From: an uncultured Verrucomicrobiae bacterium
GTDB lineage: Bacteria > Verrucomicrobiota > Verrucomicrobiia > Chthoniobacterales > JAFAMB01
Direction: 5' to 3'
NCBI GenBank assembly: GCA_963762565.1
Contig: CAVXLD010000015.1
Coordinates: 1 to 42,004 of the forward strand
DNA: 42,004 nt
Shown: positions 37,834-42,004 of the stretch, piece after piece
Layout of the letters: the number at the start of each line of letters is the position of its first letter
Numbering within the stretch: position 1 is the stretch's first letter
Notes under the pieces: model-generated
The model's input: only the letters and a program-made list of their open reading frames with translations
Databases searched by the model: none
What the model was told of the DNA's origin: nothing
Made by a program: the position numbers and the translations under genes

Positions 37834-38352
37834 ATGAAAAAAGCTGTATTACTCGCATTCCCGTTCCTGGTTGCAGTCGTTACCGGCGCCTACGCTCAAG
37901 GGTTATCGACGGCAGAGAAAACTTTCGTTACTAAAGCAGCAAAAGGTAATTTCGCCGAAGTCGAGCTTGGGAAGTTAGCCTCGCAGAAATCGCACAACGC
38001 TGATGTCAAAGCATTTGGGGAACAAATGGTAACTGATCATTCAAAAGCGAATGATAATCTTAAGCCGATCGCTGATTCAAATGGTGTCCAATGGCCGACC
38101 AAACTGACCGGAGAACCTAAAGCTTTATACGACAAGCTTTCCAGCTTATCCGGCGCCGCGTTCGACAAGACCTACATCCACGCCATGGTGGAGGGCCATC
38201 AACAAACCGCGAAAGACTATGAGACGGAATCCGGCAAGGTGAAAGACCCCCAACTGAAGTCTTATATCGACCAGACATTACCCGTGGTTCAGCAACACCT
38301 GAGTCATATCCAGTCGATACAGCAGTCTTCTGGTAAATCGGCCCGACGGTAG
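37834..38352 (+). CDS. DUF4142 domain secreted protein
   Basis: Signal peptide MKKAVLL...AYA; EVELGKLA, VKAFGEQMVTDH, FDKTYIHAMVEGH, TLPVVQQHL. Confidence 0.92.
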   Translation: MKKAVLLAFPFLVAVVTGAYAQGLSTAEKTFVTKAAKGNFAEVELGKLASQKSHNADVKAFGEQMVTDHSKANDNLKPIADSNGVQWPTKLTGEPKALYDKLSSLSGAAFDKTYIHAMVEGHQQTAKDYETESGKVKDPQLKSYIDQTLPVVQQHLSHIQSIQQSSGKSARR

Positions 38353-38353
38353 C

Positions 38354-38671
38354 GGTGATTAGTGATTGGTGGTTGGCAGTAATCAGTAGTACGTGAAAGG
38401 TGGTTCGCGGTTCGTTTGGCGAGGACAGGGCACGCCCAATCCTTGGTGGGGCGAGGCTCCGGAAGAATCCTCGATTAGAACGAAGAGCTCGGTGTGCCCC
38501 TAATCCAATGCCACCTGCTAGACCTATTAACGCGCCGAGCCGTGGCACATGATAGACCACGGCTCGGCGCATTTATCCGCCTTGCCCATTTTTTTTAAAA
38601 GGTTTGAACGGTTGCCTTCGGTAACTGTTTGCGGCCTTTCTGGAGCCTCGCCCCACCAATCACTAATCACC
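38354..38671. repeat. Composite palindromic element (heptamer arms + GGGGCGAGGCTCC REP-like arms + 14-bp hairpin)
   Basis: 38354-38372 / 38653-38671 perfect 19-bp IR; 38443-38464 / 38638-38659 21/22 IR; hairpin 38532-38570. Confidence 0.8.
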
Positions 38672-38680
38672 AATCACCTC

Positions 38681-39424
38681 TCACTTCCCCCCATCCGCGC
38701 TCGTGGGCGCTGCGGCCAGTTTCGCTAGCTCGATGTCATTCGTCAGATCGACTCGTAACGGGGTAATGGAGATCCACCCGTTTTCGAGTGCCCATCGGTC
38801 CGTGCCTTCTTCGGCCTCACGAACGGGTACCACCGTGAACCAGTAAATCTCTCGCCCCATCGGATCCTTTCCCTGCACCATGCGACCGTCGTATTGACGA
38901 ATGGATTGCCGGGTCCAACGGATCCCTTTCGGCTCCGGCGGCAGATTAACATTCACCAGCTGCAACGAAGGATGCCGGGTCAGTACTTTCAGCACTGCCT
39001 CAACGTGAGGTTGTAATTTCTCGAAAATCGGTTCCTCATGCTCAGCCGCGGTGCTGAAAGCGATCCCGCGCGCTCCAGAAAGTACCGCCTGCTTTGCCGC
39101 TGCTAAAGTTCCGGAATGCCAGAGTGCACTGCCGAGATTAAGGCCGAGATTGATCCCCGAAAGTACTAGGTCCGCCCCTCCCCATTGGTGCAGGCCGAGT
39201 GCAACGCAATCCGCCGGAGTACCGTTCACCCGGTAGGCGTCGAATTCTTTGACCCGAGTCTTCAGATAGTTGAGCGGCCGGTTTGCGGTGATGGCGTGCC
39301 CCATGGAAGACTGTTCGACATCGGGAGCCACAATCCGAACCTCGCCGAAGCGGGTGGCAACCTCGGCTAAGGCAATGATTCCCGGACTATAAATCCCGTC
39401 GTCGTTGGCAATGAGAATCCGCAT
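38681..39424 (-). CDS. surE: 5'/3'-nucleotidase SurE
   Basis: RILIANDDG, VAPDVEQS, GTPADCV, SGINLG, SGT, NVN, SITPL. Confidence 0.95.
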   Translation of the reverse strand: MRILIANDDGIYSPGIIALAEVATRFGEVRIVAPDVEQSSMGHAITANRPLNYLKTRVKEFDAYRVNGTPADCVALGLHQWGGADLVLSGINLGLNLGSALWHSGTLAAAKQAVLSGARGIAFSTAAEHEEPIFEKLQPHVEAVLKVLTRHPSLQLVNVNLPPEPKGIRWTRQSIRQYDGRMVQGKDPMGREIYWFTVVPVREAEEGTDRWALENGWISITPLRVDLTNDIELAKLAAAPTSADGGK

Positions 39425-39726
39425 AATAAGCGCTAATCAACCTCGAATGGATCCGACTTCGCCAACGCCGACACCCACCGGGATGGCTTCGTCCGGCGAG
39501 CTGCGAAGAAATGAGATGCGTTCACCTGCAGTTCCCTCTTGTTTTCGTATCCATTCGCGGTTTGTGAGCCTCTTATGAAATGTTTCGCTAAACGGCTAAA
39601 GCCCGGATTTCTCAAGGAAGCTATATTCGCCTCTGTGAGAAATCCGGGCTATTGCCTGCATTCTCAGAGCACCAAAAACGTGGGCTCTGCGAAATGCAGG
39701 CTTTATGCTAAGATAAGGGCTAGCGG

Positions 39727-40098
39727 ATGAGCACCCCCTTAAGGATTCTGCTGATAGAAAACCACGAGGTCACCGCAACGTTCATCTCGTTATTCTTGCA
39801 GCGTTCGGGGCATCAAGTCACGATAGTCCCTGACGGGCAGACAGCGTTAGGCCGCGACGATCTCGCGGAATTGGATGTGATTCTTAGCGATATCGGGTTG
39901 CCGGATGTAAACGGCTGGGACCTGATGAAGCAACTTCGCCCCCGTACGCCCGCATATGCGATTGCGATGAGCGGCTTCGGTGGCGAAGCCGACATTCAGC
40001 GAAGCCTTGCGACGGGCTATCAGCATCACCTGGTTAAGCCTTTTGTGCCGGCAGCATTGGAAGAGGTGCTGCGAAAGGTAGGGCCGGCGCATGATTAG
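39727..40098 (+). CDS. Single-domain response regulator
   Basis: LSDIGLPDVNG, AMSGFG, HLVKP. Confidence 0.9.
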   Translation: MSTPLRILLIENHEVTATFISLFLQRSGHQVTIVPDGQTALGRDDLAELDVILSDIGLPDVNGWDLMKQLRPRTPAYAIAMSGFGGEADIQRSLATGYQHHLVKPFVPAALEEVLRKVGPAHD

Positions 40099-40206
40099 TC
40101 AGCTCCAATCGGGCGGGCTTGAGCGCAAGTAACCCGTAATCTCCGGTAGAGATGAGCTCGCGAACGGATCCAACGTCCGCGCCACGAACGAACTAGGGTC
40201 ACCTCA

Positions 40207-40545
40207 ATGGCGGACAAGAGCATTACCAAAGTCAGTTCTGACCACGCCCCCAAGGGCGCGGCTGGGCAAATATACCTCGCCTCAGGGGTCCATCTTTCCA
40301 TGCGACTCTGGGAAAAGGAGAGTCCGACTGAAGACAAGGCGGAAGCGGTACGGGATTACGAAACCATCGGTTTTGTCATTGAAGGTAAAGCGGAGCTCTA
40401 TATCGAAGGCCAGCGCATCCTCTTGGAACCCGGCGACTGCTGGGTCGTGCCGAAAGGGGCCAAACATCGATACAAGATTTTGGAAACTTTCACGGCAGTA
40501 GAAGCTACCAGCCCGTCGGCGGAGCTGCACGCTCGGGATACCTAA
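40207..40545 (+). CDS. Cupin domain protein
   Basis: YETIGFVIEGKAEL...LEPGDCWVVPKGAKHRY. Confidence 0.88.
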   Translation: MADKSITKVSSDHAPKGAAGQIYLASGVHLSMRLWEKESPTEDKAEAVRDYETIGFVIEGKAELYIEGQRILLEPGDCWVVPKGAKHRYKILETFTAVEATSPSAELHARDT

Positions 40546-40562
40546 GCGCGGAAAGCGAAGAA

Positions 40563-40891
40563 AAATCTCACGCAAAGACGCAAAGGCAAAAGGTAACAAG
40601 AGGGGAATAGCCGCAAAAGAACACAAAGAACGCAAAAAAGTGGGGTTTTGATGACGCCGGGCGAACGCTCCGATCCCAAACCTCTACGAACCGAGGCGCT
40701 AGATAAAAGCATCACGCCAAGACGTTTCCGGGTAGGCGCCGGATGTTAGCCAATCGAAATGCTACCAATTGCCTCCCGGCGGGAAACCGCTGGCTGCTCG
40801 CCTGATCAGAACCTAATTTTTTCGCGCTCTTTGCGCTCTTTGCGGCTATTCCCTTCTTCTGCCTTGACCTTTGCGTCGTTGCGTGAGATTT
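40563..40891. repeat. Inverted 9-mer-unit arms (CGCAAAGA[A/G]), about 76 bp
   Basis: AAATCTCACGCAAAGACGCAAAGG...GGGAATAGCCGCAAAAGAACACAAAGAACGC vs its reverse complement at 40817-40891. Confidence 0.87.
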
Positions 40892-41019
40892 CTCCGTCGT
40901 TTTGGCCGCCGCCTTGACTGCCGACATTTTCGCCCGGCGATTTCTCCCTCTGTCCGGCGAAAGTTCCTTCTGTCACTGGTCTACGAGCGCCTGTTGCCGG
41001 ACCGGATGATGTCAGTCGA

Positions 41020-41568
41020 GAAGGGTGACCACCCTCGGCAAATTCTTCGATCATCTTCTTGTTGAATGCCGGGTATCGTCCGGCTTTCGGCTTGTCACCA
41101 ACCCCTGGTCCGTCACAACTTCTTGATCAACCCACTCTGCGCCAGCGTTCCTCAGGTCGGTCTTGATCGATGGAAAAGAAGTCATTCGCCGTCCTCTTAC
41201 TCCGTTAGCCTCGATCAAGGTGAGGGGTCCATGACAAATCGGCGATGGGTTTGCCGGTTCGAACAAATGACTCGATGAATCGAACAGCGCTTGTGTCCAT
41301 GCGCAGATTATCTGGATTCATCTGCCCGCCAGGCAACATCAATGCGTCATATTCATTAGGGTCTGCCGACCCCAACTCTCTATCGACCACGACGTCAAAG
41401 CCCCCCAGTCAGTGTATTTCCATCCCTTAACCTTGCCGGATTTCGGCGAAACGACTTCGGTCTGGCTCAGGCCTTTTTCCACGCTTGCCTCGGTTTTTCC
41501 AGTTCGTCCTGTTCAAAACCGTCTGTAACGACCCCCGCGACTCGTTTACCAGTTAGTTGCTGTGGCAT
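41020..41568 (-). pseudogene. PfpI/YhbO (DJ-1 family) protein with multiple frameshifts
   Basis: MPQQLTGKRVA..DGFEQDE / [17 protein letters not shown] / ICHGP...VTSRKPDD / [11 protein letters not shown] in different frames; breaks near 41468, 41403, 41240 and 41073; 3' end approximate. Confidence 0.9.
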
Positions 41569-42004
41569 AAAATTCTCCTAAATCAAATGATCCCAGAGCC
41601 GCTCCGCAGAATTAGAATATCCCCTGCTCGGCGCACCGGTTCCACGCTAGAAGTTCACGGGCAGCGACTACGCCGGATGCGATCCGAAGTGCGCTTCCCA
41701 ATTCACCTGCGGTTCGAGTCTTCCCGCGGCTATCCGATCGCGGTTCTAATCCCACGTAGATTCGATGTAGGAAATGAGAAGCCGTAAACTAATTTCCCGG
41801 ACTCGACTCTAATGATATCAAGGCGAGACCGGCTTCTTTATTGAATCTGCGTTCTAAATGAGCAGGGAGACTCCGTCGAGAATCACTGCGAGCGTGGAAC
41901 GTACTTCTGTTTCCCACAAGGTGACCGCCACAGGTTGAGACCGTCTCGCTTTCCAAGGACAACATGAGCATGGATGTACGCGTTCGCCGTCGCTAATCGT
42001 AACG

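Noticed and set aside
41570..42004. Short ORFs at the window end
   Set aside because: No recognisable protein or RNA features.

Overview
A 42-kb bacterial chromosomal segment, probably from a soil Verrucomicrobiota (Chthoniobacterales-like); this taxonomic call is inferred from gene style and was not verified. Left half (1-26 kb), mostly housekeeping: rpmE-prfA-prmC-murA, an acyl-CoA ligase, marR-tolC-pgeF-methyltransferase, icd, an AI-2E transporter, a complete MoxR/DUF58/Bat (VWA-TPR) operon with a DUF3108 gene, and a stand-alone 5'-3' exonuclease. Right half (26-42 kb), stress and signalling: receiver proteins, a hybrid PAS kinase, UdgX, dodecin, transglutaminase, ECF sigma, PAP2, DUF4142, SurE, cupin and several decayed genes. 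The most striking signal is non-coding: many intergenic gaps hold a palindromic element of about 100-330 bp from one of several distinct families. (i) Paired inverted arms built from 9-bp tandem units; one copy encloses a frameshifted GxxExxY (PD-(D/E)XK-like) nuclease gene and four are empty, suggesting a GxxExxY-associated mobile repeat system. (ii) 6- and 7-bp-unit inverted arms. (iii) Five copies of a roughly 250-285-bp nested four-motif GGGAGCCGC element with covarying stems. (iv) A MITE with 33-bp terminal inverted repeats. (v) A CCTAGG REP-like family. No rRNA, tRNA or CRISPR array was seen.
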